Source: Nemertoderma westbladi
Taxonomy: Eukaryota > Animalia > Xenacoelomorpha
Reading direction: 5' to 3'
Assembly: GCA_032718475.1 (NCBI GenBank)
Contig: JAUCBJ010000075.1
Location: 45,487 to 109,486, forward strand
DNA length: 64,000 nt
Shown: positions 1 through 11,293 of the stretch, piece after piece
Layout: every line of letters begins with the position of its first letter
Numbering within the stretch: position 1 is the stretch's first letter
Program-made: the position numbers and the translations under genes
The notes under the pieces: model-generated
Seen by the model: only the letters and a program-made list of their open reading frames with translations
Databases searched by the model: none
Told to the model about the DNA's origin: nothing

Positions 1-31
1 GATCTTGCACTGTCCGGGGGCAAAAGAGGGG

Positions 32-55
32 TAGGCAGCGACGCCCGCTAGCCTA
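32..55 (+). promoter_or_regulatory. Conserved hairpin upstream of accessory ORF-A (TAGGC-AGCG-acgcc-CGCT-w-GCCTA)
   Basis: Also present at 37073-37096 (minus strand); the only difference between the copies is the bulged base. Confidence 0.5.
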
Positions 56-96
56 ATATATAAACTCATTATAATATTGATAAACTCATAGCAAAT

Positions 97-576
97 ATGA
101 CTGAGTTGATAGAAGATGATCTTGGTATCAGGGAGCGATATACTCTACCTTTACAAGCGTTTGTCGATAGCTTGATACGCGGCGACGCTGGTCCAACTAC
201 TACGGAGGACGATGGTCGTTATATTGAACCGCCAATGTCCCAGGAGCAACTTACGCGTGAATTGGATTATAGAAAGTTCACCGCTCGATATACGCATCGT
301 AATGGTACGTATATGGACTTCTTAACTACTGGTCATCCTATCGATTTACACGATACGGACGATGTAGACACCGAAAGGGAAATAGTTTTATTTAAATATC
401 ATACCCAGCGGAGTCGGAAGGATAAACCGAGAATAGAACACGAGAACTCTATTCGAAACAAACTCGAAAGGGAAGACGTTGAAGAGCCGGATAAACGCAG
501 CGACTTTAACGATTATCTGGAATTCCTGAGAGAGACATATCTCAATATTGCCAGCCAACAAAATCTCGAAACTTGA
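97..576 (+). CDS. Retrotransposon accessory ORF-A, 159 aa acidic protein of unknown function
   Basis: 88 of the first 92 aa are identical to ORF 37030-36731, with many synonymous changes (6 in the first 14 codons). Confidence 0.8.
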   Translation: MTELIEDDLGIRERYTLPLQAFVDSLIRGDAGPTTTEDDGRYIEPPMSQEQLTRELDYRKFTARYTHRNGTYMDFLTTGHPIDLHDTDDVDTEREIVLFKYHTQRSRKDKPRIEHENSIRNKLEREDVEEPDKRSDFNDYLEFLRETYLNIASQQNLET

Positions 577-603
577 TATCCTCAAGGTATACATCATGAC
601 CCT

Positions 604-1110
604 ATGATAGAACTCAAACGACTCTATTTCACTATGATGTATCTTACCGCCGATCGACCGCTACCTGTCGTTCCAGATAGCTTCGAACAGATGGAGGAAT
701 ATTGTAAAACTGGAGAACGATCACCCGCGTTTCCCCTGCAGGACGTGCGTCTTTGGTATTATTGCGATGAATGCCCTAGACCCAACCAACAAACGGAAAG
801 ACCTAAACATCCGCAGAGACGTTGCACTAAACACGGTTTTACTCGCTATACTAGCGGGAGTTTCGAGCGAAATTTGTTTGACGTATCACCTACGCTCGTT
901 CGACTCAGACGATCCTTAAATAAACCAATGATCAGAGTTTCGGAATACTCGATCAGACCTCCTCATTCCCTAGTGAGACCTCAGACTCTTGATCCTATTA
1001 GTATGATGGATCCTCCCGAGCTGTACTCACTGTTCAAAGATCTAGTGTTACCTGAACAATTAGTCGGTGGCACCCCGGTTGTGGGCTTCCTAGATATTAG
1101 CCCATCCTAA
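604..1110 (+). CDS. Accessory ORF-B, 168 aa, putative C-x2-C-x16-C-x2-H zinc-binding motif
   Basis: ATG-started ORF 27 nt after the ORF-A stop; its motif VRLWYYCDEC...RRCTKHG parallels VRLSPCQLC...RPCYAHG in the second element. Confidence 0.6.
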   Translation: MIELKRLYFTMMYLTADRPLPVVPDSFEQMEEYCKTGERSPAFPLQDVRLWYYCDECPRPNQQTERPKHPQRRCTKHGFTRYTSGSFERNLFDVSPTLVRLRRSLNKPMIRVSEYSIRPPHSLVRPQTLDPISMMDPPELYSLFKDLVLPEQLVGGTPVVGFLDISPS

Positions 1111-1440
1111 CTAGCCGGATTGGGACGCGGACATTTAATATCGCCGTTTAACCCTTACCATCGTCCCGGCTTAACACGATATAACCTGTCACCAAAGTGG
1201 CGGAGAGCGTTGTACCAAATGAGTTAGACGCTATTCTACAAAGATCAGAAAAGGAACTTACGCTTGTTCAGATAAACGTAAATTGCACTAGCAAGTCCAA
1301 GCGGTAAACAAAGTAACTTTATCTCAGTTCGATCGGGAAATCCAGAATCTCTAAGAAGTTATCGAACTTGGACGACCCTATTCTCTGCGAGAGTTTTTGG
1401 ATGAACGTATCCAGCTACGAGCGGAGGAAAATCAGCTCGA

Positions 1441-1619
1441 GGAGAAGCATATCGAAACGGCGGATACCCCGACCATAATCCTACACCTTCTGATGCAATC
1501 ATATTGCACCCTTCACCCAGGATTTATAGCCCTCCTAGTAAAGTGGCTCCCCCAAAGAGAAAAGGACTCTTGCTAGCCTCAAAAAACTGCATAAACGCCG
1601 TCCTCGTAAGAAAGACTAA
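1441..1619 (+). pseudogene. Disrupted terminal accessory ORF-D with basic NLS-like tail
   Basis: Reads GGYPDHNPTPSDAIILHPSPRIYSPPSKVA, then a 1-nt deletion in a C run (~1549-1553) before PKEKRTLASLKKLHKRRPRKKD*; homologous to 36067-35735. Confidence 0.65.
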
Positions 1620-1697
1620 CTGTTTAGAGTATTTTTATATTTTAGAAACTGTGATTTGTTATATTTTATAGACTTAAATCCCATTTTCTGGGAGCGG

Positions 1698-2788
1698 TGT
1701 AAAGGCTTTTGCGTAATTAGCCGGTTATTTTCCCGGTAAAGTACTCTGTAGTTGGTTTAACAGGCATAAAAAGCCGTGTCCTTACTGTACTGGTGTAGCT
1801 ACCATGGCGACGGCTAACAGCTGATGCTGTACACGTGGAGCTTGTTCTTTGTTCTCTGTTCCTTCTTTGTTCGGTCGACCAATCAGAGCGTTTTTTGCCT
1901 CTGTGTTAGAGATTGTATATAGAAACTCGTGGAGTTGAGTCAGTATGTGATTTGTCCACAGCCTAGAACATTGGCTTTGGAACCTCCGTGTTTCAGTCTT
2001 TAGCCCAACATTAGTAGGCTTAATTATAGAACGTATATCTGTTATCTCACTCACATACATATTATCATACCATACCTAACCCAATCGATCATATCAATTT
2101 ATACCTTAACATTTTACTGCTTTTACTGTCGGTTATTCATTATATTTGTTGATGGAATATTATATTTGGAATACTGATGAATAATCAGACACCCCAATCT
2201 TCTTGATATACTAAAGGTTAGAGAGACCGGTTACATATAACAATTGCAACTTACATTAAGTGGTTTGAAGTGAATCTAATGCTATTTTATAGGCCCTACA
2301 CGTATTGTCTGTTGTTCTCCTTATATGTGACTAAAATTAGTGAAGGTCGGCAGATTGGTGTGCAGCATTGTGCAGTATTGTGTATGATCGTGATTGATAA
2401 CGAAGCATCTCCTAAAGAATGCGCCATATACGTGAATCTATAGCCATCCCGTTGTGTCTAGTTTAAGTCATAACTCTGTTTATATACTTAAAGCGCCACG
2501 TCCTAAAGGAACTGTTAATATTTCCCGAAAGTGAATAATATTTGTCAGAGATTATATATATTACGATCAGTCGAATAATACAGTAGGCCTACCCCGCAAT
2601 ACGGTTAGGCTTCCGAATCCAGTCTCCCGGGTAGATCCAGCGGGTGAATGATTGCGCATAGACTGGTTTCGGCTAATGTAGTGTATCAAATACTTGTCAT
2701 AGGCTAAAGACTATCTATCATCTCAAAGACATCCCATGGGATGTCTAATTTGGCAGGTTAAACTGCTAAAGGTCTGAAAGCGCGAACA
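1698..2788 (+). repeat. 3' LTR (1091 bp, TG...CA), preceded by short PPT GGGAGCGG (1690-1697)
   Basis: Begins TGTAAAGGCTT and ends GCGCGAACA; shares conserved blocks with the LTRs of the second element, e.g. GCGCCACGTCCTAAAGGAACTGTTAATATTTCCCGAAAGT and TTGGCAGGTTAAACTGCTAAAGGTCT. Confidence 0.85.
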
Positions 2789-3398
2789 TATGAGGCATCT
2801 TTTACAGCAACAAACTTCGCGTTTACATAGAGCAACTTGATCGGCAACCTGACATGCTCACTAAGTTGCTGATAGAGTTGCTCAAAATATACTGTAGAAA
2901 AAACAGGTCTTTAATTATTCGTCATGACGTACTGTAAGTGAATTTTACTTTAACGTAGCTGTAACCCTGTAGCTAGACTTTGTTCTTACTGTAGAGTACC
3001 ACCCATGGCTATATTTTGTACTTAGAGTTCCGCTTTCTTGAATCTAAATTTTGTTCTTATAGTTCTGCATTTTGGCTACATTTTGTTCAATTTGTATTGA
3101 TACATGATTCTAACTACAGTCCCGTACTTATTTTAGAAGCAATTAATACCAAAATATCAAAAACCTTATGGAGCACTTTAGAATTTTGAATTCAAAAATT
3201 TCCAACATGTGCGCAAGTGTGTTAGCTATATTGTATGTGATTATTTGTTATTATTGCGGTTACAGGTAATACTAACACCTGATCATGTGCTAGTTAACAT
3301 GTTAGATAGCACGTATTAGCTAATAACAAATGCGCGCATGTATTACGTGCGCACTACGCACTAAATAATTAAGGACGTACGATACGCCTTGGCTATAA

Positions 3399-3594
3399 TT
3401 TGATATATTTTGCGTGTTTTTTGTAAAAATTCGGACTTGTGGTGTTTTGCCAAATTGAGGATACCTTGTTTTCCAGGCAATACCCCGCAACTATCGTATA
3501 GTTACGGGATAATACCAGAAAATGGTGTTCCCCTTTGTTTTGGCAAAACACCATAAGTCCGAATTTTTACAAAAAAACCGCAATATATTTCAAA
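3399..3594. mobile_element. MITE-like element with ~55-bp imperfect terminal inverted repeats
   Basis: TTTGTAAAAATTCGGACTTGTGGTGTTTTGCCAAA pairs with TTTGGCAAAACACCATAAGTCCGAATTTTTACAAA; central hairpin CCCGCAACTAT...ATAGTTACGGG. Confidence 0.65.
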
Positions 3595-4470
3595 GGCAAT
3601 TCTAAATCAAATTGAAAGTTTAGTTATATGAATTCTATATATATTTATTTGTCAAAAAACACAATAACAAGTAAACTGAGGCATCTCCCTAAAAAATAAA
3701 CAGTTTTTATCGATTATCTCAGAACTACAAAAATCGACTTAGGGGGTTCTGCCTTTAAGGTGACGATTTATGCCTAACTCATGTTGTATACCACCGTTAA
3801 CCTTGTTTATATGTTGCCTAGCAGCAGTTATGGTAGTGCTGGGCTCCCATTGGTAACTACCGATAAAGGTATTCTTGCGTCCTATTGGCTGTTCTATTTT
3901 GCAGTGTTGTTTGTTTATATAGTCGATGTTCATCCCATTACTCTCAGGCATAACCTAACAACATATTAGCCTGTTGCGAGTCATGTAACTTGCAGGACTC
4001 GTATTATTTCACCTTGCTGTATTGCATTATTATTAATTACTATTATTGCACTGCTATTGTTGATGATACGAGACCAGAGATCAAACCAACTCGATTCCAC
4101 ACGGTTAGTGTTGACTGCGCCCTGTCTGTAATAGATTCGGTTCATTTTAGTGCGAGTGTGTGCGTCCATAGTACTGCAATATTATTCCCCAACTGGTAAA
4201 TATCATCTAAAAGGCCGTAAAAGCCTTGACAGACATTTCCTAAAGAAATTCCACCAAAAACATTTTACTTCACTTTTTTCGCCGGGAAAAAATTTAAATC
4301 AATGCAATCTTATGGGTTACTTTTTTTCCCTAGGAGAAACAAGTGAAACTTTTTCTCCCGATTTTGGGGTATATTCGATCGAAAAAGTACAATTTAAGAA
4401 TAAAAGTTTTTGTAATCTTTTCTTGTTCTCCCGACTTTTGCAAACTCGTTCGAACGTCTTTACAAAACTC

Positions 4471-4540
4471 GAGTCTCTAGCAGAATGGTTAGAGCGCCAG
4501 ACTTCCAACGTGGACGTCACCAGTTCGGACGTCACCATTA
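4471..4540 (+). other. Degenerate tRNA-like (SINE-head-like) sequence
   Basis: A-box-like TAGCAGAATGGTTAGAGCG and B-box-like AGTTCGGAC at tRNA spacing; stems pair poorly. Confidence 0.3.
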
Positions 4541-4705
4541 CCTTCTTACTTCTTGCTAAAAAATAAAACACTTAAAATGATTTAATTTAAGCAAATATTT
4601 GTAGTTTGTTACGTTACGATATCAGTGTAATCTCCATATATTGTTTACTACACTATTACAGTAGTATTACCATTTAATTCTCATCGATATATTGTTGAAA
4701 ACCTA

Positions 4706-5203
4706 GTGCAGTTTAAACACCCGTGTATTATGCTTTACTCTCGCTTCGTTTCATTTTGTTTATCATTACGTAGGTCTAACAAAATGTGCATTCGTTTTCT
4801 TGCTAATATATGTTTAGTTGATTGTCGTACCCGGTCTGGGAGAAATTTACGAGAAATAGGAAACATGTGTAACATATTTAATCTTGAATTGCTGACATCT
4901 CGTGCGGTATCTAATCTTACTTATGTACCGTTACTGAACGCAGATAAGTGGCGAGTTAATTTTTGTAGGGAAATTATTTGGTGCCTAAACAACGGAGGTA
5001 GTGTAGATGGCTTTACCCGCCAGGAATTGAGTAATATTTTAAATAGTGTATCTTCATCATAATTAATCACCTTCTTAGATCTGCAGTACTTAGACATATC
5101 ATATTATTTTATAATAGTGCTTGTATTATTAACCTATTGTGCTTTGTGTACCCATCTGTATATTTGGTGTACGAAATTAAATTAAATTAAATAAAATTAA
5201 ATT
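4706..5203 (+). mobile_element. 5'-truncated non-LTR retrotransposon (LINE) remnant: C-terminus of the RT-containing ORF, 3' UTR and A-rich tail
   Basis: ORF 4706-5062 (LYSRFVSF...D.RT..GRNL...KWRV...REII...GFTRQEL) resembles LINE ORF2 C-termini as recalled from memory; followed by an (AATTA)n-like tail at ~5175-5203. Confidence 0.6.
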
Positions 5204-5280
5204 ATACCGGTAGTGGAAAGCAAGCACCTCAAAGTAGCTACTGTATTTACAGAGACATTGAATATGTTTCAACAATCGAG

Positions 5281-5628
5281 TTATTTTATGCAGCAGACCA
5301 GACAGGAGTTCTCGGGAAGAGTGCACACGCAAGCATCCTCGGTAGGGTATCCGATGAAGGGGTCTCTGCCACATAATCCACAACCGTTGGTTCCGGCACA
5401 TAGTGGTTCATAATCAATTCTACTCAGCAAACAGACACCCATCAAACTCATTTTCTGACAAGTACAGGATGTAAAGTTTGTATCGATACAGGATTGGCAG
5501 GTTGTTGTGGTTGTTTCGGGAATACAGCTCGGTTGAGTGAGTGAGGCTGATCGGGTTTCAGTAAGAAGTAAACTCATCGCCGCAATGATTAGTACCGGTA
5601 AACAAGCCATCACTGAAAATCGAGTCAT
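5281..5628 (-). CDS. Small secreted cysteine-rich protein, 115 aa
   Basis: ATG start, hydrophobic signal-peptide-like N-terminus (MTRFSVMACLPVLIIAAMSLLLTETRS), 14 Cys in the mature part ending CLVCCIK*, GC-richer than its flanks. Confidence 0.75.
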   Translation of the reverse strand: MTRFSVMACLPVLIIAAMSLLLTETRSASLTQPSCIPETTTTTCQSCIDTNFTSCTCQKMSLMGVCLLSRIDYEPLCAGTNGCGLCGRDPFIGYPTEDACVCTLPENSCLVCCIK

Positions 5629-5982
5629 TGGTCGTGGGAGTGAATATAAAAGTCTTTATTAAGAGAAATGTAAATTTATTACTGAAGGAGCAAGTTATGT
5701 TGTTATATATGTTACTTTTTTAAAATTATATTTTGTTTGTTTATCTATTTATAGTTTCTAATTTCTAAGCAACATAATACAAAATTGCGATGAAAAAGTA
5801 AGAAATAGTGATGATCAAAATAGAGTGACCCATGAAGTTTATTCATACCAATAAGTACTTCATTTATATTCCACAGTCCTATGCACTTTTACGATATAAT
5901 TTTTGACCAGATATCACTCAGCGTGTATTCCATTAACATCGGCTAAAATGAGAGGCCAGGATGATGGAAATTACGGGCGTAT

Positions 5983-6325
5983 CATATCATATCAACACCT
6001 TTCGGGATTGATAAAATTACTCAAAATACATAACCACGAGACCATACACTATGCTTTTTTGGTTTGTTGAATTCATTATTAGTAATCGAAAGCAAGATTA
6101 GAAGCAAAATCATCATGCTTTCTACTTCAGTAATACAGTACTGGTCCGGTAATGCAGTGTATTTTTAAAAAATGAAAATTTTGCTTCTAATCTTACTTTC
6201 GATTACTAAAAATGAATTCAACAAACCAAAAAAGCATAGTATGGTTTCGTGGTTATACCCAAGTCTTTGAAGGGTGATGTATTTTGAGTAATTTTATCAA
6301 TCCCGAAAGATGTTGATATGGTATG
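5983..6325. mobile_element. Foldback/MITE-like near-palindromic element
   Basis: ~130-bp arms pair (GGGATTGATAAAATTACTCAAAATACAT / ATGTATTTTGAGTAATTTTATCAATCCC; CTATGCTTTTTTGGTTTGTTGAATTCATT / AATGAATTCAACAAACCAAAAAAGCATAG); one arm has a ~20-nt insertion. Confidence 0.75.
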
Positions 6326-6967
6326 GGTGCCAGGAACTCCTCATATCTCGAAAACTACTGAAGCAATTTAATTTTTATTTGTCTCATCTGAAAGCGGAAA
6401 TAACTGGCCCCCTAATTTTAAGGGCTTTGCAGTAGCTTGGCGGGTCGTATCTATAGTACAGTAGGTCATGTCACATCGAATTTGAAGTAATCGAAAATTG
6501 CCCCGTACGGATACAAAAAATATAGAATTCCACTGTTGGGAAATTTAATAAGGTCAACTAAAATGTTAGCAGAGATTTTTCACATAAAAAATTGCTATAT
6601 TGATTTTATGTGTAATTTATATAATTGTTTTAGTAAAAAACTACACTAGTTTTAGTATAGATACTAAGGTACAGTATTTACACTACTAGTATAGAGTCAA
6701 TGTTTTGGGAACAAGGGTTTTTGAGGTCGGCAAATATGACGGGGCCTCTTTATATTTTTTCGTTTAGTGGGGAATTTTATTAAATATTATGGTCGCCCTA
6801 TTGTTTGAGCTAAATTGTTCGAGACAAAACTCATTAAAAAAAGATTAGACACATTTCCGTTGATCGAGAACTGAAACTAAATTGGTACCTATGTACAGTA
6901 GAAGTGCATACTGTAGTTCAGTGAATCGAAAGTAATTGGCATAAAGTTTGACTACACCAAATTTTGC

Positions 6968-7247
6968 ATAGTTATAAAACCCGAAAATAACGAAAAAGAC
7001 GAAATGATAAACGAAAATATCGAATTTATCAAACAATCTGAAAAATCTCGCTTTCCAGTAAGATCGGTATTATTAGAAGGCACACTTTATAAATTTTTTA
7101 ATTAATAAAATCCGATAATTTCGCCCCATTTTCGACCTTAAAAGTAATTTAATACCAAATACTGTCTGCTGGTTGGTTGTTAGGTGTTTGCTGTTGACCA
7201 ATGGCGGCTTGGATGAAATCAGTGTACTGCAGTATATGTCTGGTGCA
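6968..7247 (+). repeat. Left arm of a ~280-bp long inverted repeat (partner 11019-11296; partial extra copy 10793-10945)
   Basis: Direct reverse-complement match, e.g. TTGACCAATGGCGGCTTGGATGAAATCAGTGTACTGCAGTAT. Confidence 0.85.
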
Positions 7248-7316
7248 CGGTTGAAGGAACCCAGAACCGGACCGGTACCCCAAACCAACACTGAACGATA
7301 TGGCAGTAGGGGATTA

Positions 7317-8840
7317 CAGGCCTCCCAGAGTTTCCTTTTTTCCTTTTTTTTCCTTTTTTTTTAGAAAGTTTCCTTTTTTTCCTTTTTTTTTAGAATGTTT
7401 CCTTTTTTCCTTTTTTTGTCAATTTTCACACCTTTTTTCCCTTTTTTTAGTTCAGAAAATAGCCTGATGTAAGTGTAACATGTTCTAGTCAGTACAAGGC
7501 AGCGCAGCGGGGAGACAGCTGGACAGGTCTTGTAGTCTAATCAATTACCGGTACTGTACCACTGTCAGACTGTAGTTCCATATATGACGATTTCAGTACT
7601 TACTATATCAGTATAGTAGTCCTTGGCTTGGTACTAAACTAATATAACAACAATGTACGGGACAAGTGCTGAAGTGATTTTCCTGTTATCTGCAATCATA
7701 CTTACCGGTAACTGTACCAATGGAAACCATCCAAGCAATCATAAGATAAGCTGAAATTTCAGCTTGCTGCTGATATTGACAAGGTTATAACAGAGATTGA
7801 GGGGCTATGTCGATTATATTTTGATTATATATTTTTTTGACAAAAATCACAAGCTACTGTAAGCTACAATAAAAATGTAGCTCTGTGGTTAGAACTTTAA
7901 TATATTTATTTCTGAGACAGAGGCTGTCTCTGTCTCAGAAAATATGTAGGCCTATATTAAAGTTCTCTCCACAGCTACATTTTTAGCGTGTGATTTATTA
8001 TAATTGACGCAAAACCCGCCTTGGTGAATCAACAATGATGATTTTCAATTTAGGGAAAGGAAGAGGTTGCAGTGGCAGTCTATTCTAACCAAAACAATAA
8101 AAGAAAGCATATAACACTGTTACAGTTTCATTTTTGCTCGTAATAATCTGTTATTTGCGTCCATTTTCCCCTGGAGATGGTTGTATTTTGATTGCGTCTT
8201 TTAAAGCATTTTTGTTATTTATATAAATGTAGCCACGACCGGAAATCCGTAACAAAGTTTTTATAACACTTTCAAACTAAAGTTATATTTACAAGAATTT
8301 GATAGACCTCTATCAATGACCATCAATCGGCGGAGCTCGACAATCTTTTATAACTAGGCAAAAAAGGTGAAAATATCTGTATAATTATATATATATATAT
8401 ATGTATATATAATTAATATATATAATTAATATATATAATTAATAATAATTATATTGCTATTGCCGTTGTTCTCTTTCCTGTGTGTTATATTTTTTAACTT
8501 TCTTTGATATCTTCCTGTCATTTAAAACCGTGACGTTTCTTAATGGGATTCTTCAAATTATATACCGGTACAGTTGTTAATGAAATAGATTCAAGAAACA
8601 GCACTAAAGACATAATGTTTACTATTACTTTTGTAAAGATAATATCTATTCAGTTTTTCCCTTTTTTTTTTAATTGTATTCGATCCTTTTTTTCATTATT
8701 TTTTTTTCATTTATTTATTTTCCTGCATCCTATCTTTTTTTCCTTTTTTTTAACTGCATCCTGTCCTTTTTTTCCTTTTAATTGAAAATATAAAATCCTT
8801 TTTTCATTTTTTTTCTCGATATTTTTGGCTGGGAGGGCTG
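7317..8840. mobile_element. Non-autonomous DNA transposon with 12-bp TIRs and a 6-bp TSD (hAT-like termini)
   Basis: GGATTA|CAGGCCTCCCAG ... CTGGGAGGGCTG|GGATTA; TTCCTTTTTT-rich subterminal regions; no transposase ORF. Confidence 0.7.
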
Positions 8841-8902
8841 GGATTAGGCATTCTGCATTCAGCATTCATTGGGAGGTAGTTCAACAACAGATTACTATCA
8901 GA

Positions 8903-9138
8903 GCGACTGAGTCTATTAAACTGGAACGATGGCGACGGAGTCTATTGAACCCGGAAAGATGGCGACGGAGTCTATTAAACCCGGAACGATGGTGACGGAG
9001 TCTATTACACCTAGAATAATGGCGACGGACTCGATTAAACCCGGAACGATGGCGACGGAGTCTATTAAACATGGAACCATGGCCTCTTTTAAACCTGGCC
9101 TGGCTGCCTGGGACGTTGGCGACGGAGTCCATTAAACC
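8903..9138 (+). repeat. 30-bp tandem repeat CCGGAACGATGGCGACGGAGTCTATTAAAC
   Basis: About 7 diverged units; inverted relative to the array at 10170-10577. Confidence 0.85.
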
Positions 9139-10169
9139 AAGGCCTACCGAATTAGGCAAATGATGGATTCCCTGAGGGAGATGGAGTTTACAACGGTTTT
9201 GATATAGTTTGGGGTAGGGCGGGTTAAGTTGACCTCAGGTCACCCAACCAACCTATCTAGAGACGAAACTACCTCTCTAGAGACGAACTCCGCGCCCTGA
9301 ACTGAAGTAAAAGAGTAACAGTTTAATTTTAGTACAACTGTAACTAATTCTGGTTAAATTTATTTAAACTTAAATTTGGTACAGTTGTTGTGATGGTTTA
9401 ATTTCGGTGTAAAATGTAGCATGTAGTAAACTACTGTAATACAGCATAAATATAATATTGCAATTTGTCATATTAATTTGGTGCGGGATTAGCAAGTAAC
9501 TGTGTTCAATTAGCACTTGTTGGAGGCCTTCTGACTCCTGCCACTGTCGGTTTTGTGGCGCGCCTGCCACAAATATTCTACACTCGTTACACTGCAGTCT
9601 TCTACCTGACGATCTATCCCATCTGCGTCTCGCTTTTCACTTGCAGTCCTTACAAGACTCGTCACTTAATTTATCTTAAGTAATTCTTACTTTAATCATT
9701 TTGCGATCTTTCTTCGACTTATTTATTTTATTGCTGTATTGGTGGATACAGTGCATAATAGTGATTGGCTGCTCAGGTTCAAATCTGGCTAAAGGCTGTA
9801 TCAATTTCGCACTGGTGTGCCCCACAACCCACCCCCCCCCCCCCCCCCCCCATAATAATCAACATTGACGTTAAAAGCAATGATTCGAATTAATACCACA
9901 CTGATATGATTCATATGTAATGTTAAAAATAAGGAGATTATCATAAAAGTTGCCGGTAGCTCATGATTAATCATAAATTGACACGTAACATATAAAGTCA
10001 GAAAGTGATTGACAGATTGATGTTAAATAATTTCAAAATTATCAATATCAAAATACAGAAATATATTACCGTATTATGATTTTAGTATTGGCGACAAACC
10101 AGTCTGACTTTGAAACTCTCTTGTTCAATGTATTTTCCTGGTTATTTGATTGGCATCACAATCCCTCGG

Positions 10170-10577
10170 GCAGTCGGGGTTTAATAGACTCAGCATTCGA
10201 TCGATCTCGTAATTCCGGGTTTAATAAACTCTATCGCTATCGTTCCGGGTATAATAGACTCCGTCGCCATCGTTCCGGGTTTAATAGACTCCGTCACCAT
10301 CGTTCCGGGTTTAATAGACTCCGCCGCCATCGTTCTGCAGTTCTGGGTTTAATAGACTCCGTCGCCATCGTTCAGTCGTTCCGGGTTTAATAGACTCCGT
10401 CACCATCGTTCCGGGTTTAATAGGTAGACTCCGTCGCCATCGTTCTGGGTTTAATAGACTCCGTCGCCATCGTTCCGGGTTCATTCAGGGTTCGATAGAC
10501 TCCGTCGCCATCGTTCTGGGTTTAATAGACTCAGTCGCCATCATTCCGGGTTTGATAGACACCGTCGCCATCGTTCC
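10170..10577 (-). repeat. Same 30-bp repeat in the opposite orientation (GTTTAATAGACTCCGTCGCCATCGTTCCGG)
   Basis: About 12 units with small insertions. Confidence 0.85.
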
Positions 10578-10722
10578 TCCTTTTAATAATTATCCTCTAC
10601 CGGTATCTGATAGTCCAGAATAAATCCTTATGCTGTACCCCCTACGCCCTACCCCGTGGGACGCTATCTCTCTGTCTGTCAGCGCAACAGCTCATGTAGG
10701 CTGATAGGACTGTTGTACCATG

Positions 10723-11175
10723 CTGACCATGTGGCCTGGTTGTACTGTTGTAGGCCTGTACATCAGTACACCTGTAGCGCCACATCTGTAATGCACCAGA
10801 CCAATACTGCAGTACACTGATTTCATCCAAGCCGCCATTGGTCAACAGCTAACACCTAACAACCAACCAGCAGACAGTATTTGGTATTAAATTACTTTTA
10901 AGGTCGAAAATGGGGCGAAATTATCGGATTTTATAAATTAAAAAATGTTGACCATGCATGGCCTGGTTGTACTGTTGTAGGCCTGTACATCAGTACACCT
11001 GTAGCGCCATATCTGTAATGCACAAGACCAATACTGCAGTACACTGATTTCATCCAAGCCGCCATTGGTCAACAGCTAACACCTAACAACCAACCAGCAG
11101 ACAGTATTTGGTATTAAATTACTTTTAAGGTCGAAAATGGGGCGAAATTATCGGATTTTATAAATTAAAAAATGT
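10723..11175. repeat. Tandem duplication, ~227-bp unit x2
   Basis: TGACCATG..GGCCTGGTTGTACTG...AAAAATGT repeated at 10723 and ~10949. Confidence 0.85.
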
Positions 11176-11293
11176 AAAGTGTGCCTTCGAATAATACCTA
11201 TCGTACTGGAAAGCGAGATTTTGCAGATTGTTTGATAAATTCGATATTTTGGTTGATCATTTCGTCTTTTTCGTTATTTTCGGGTTTTATAAC

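Larger units (their letters stand above)
1..2788 (+). mobile_element. 3' part of a BEL/Pao-related LTR retrotransposon (accessory ORF cassette, PPT, 3' LTR); the 5' part lies outside the window
   Basis: Homologous to the minus-strand element at 34427-46316: same ORF-A, same basic terminal ORF, same TCCCATTTTCTGGGAGCGG|TGTAAA PPT/LTR junction, same LTR end GCGCGAACA. Confidence 0.88.

Noticed and set aside
2174-2180. Hammerhead ribozyme core CTGATGA in the LTR
   Set aside because: No suitably placed GAAA and stems seen; not conserved in the related LTRs.
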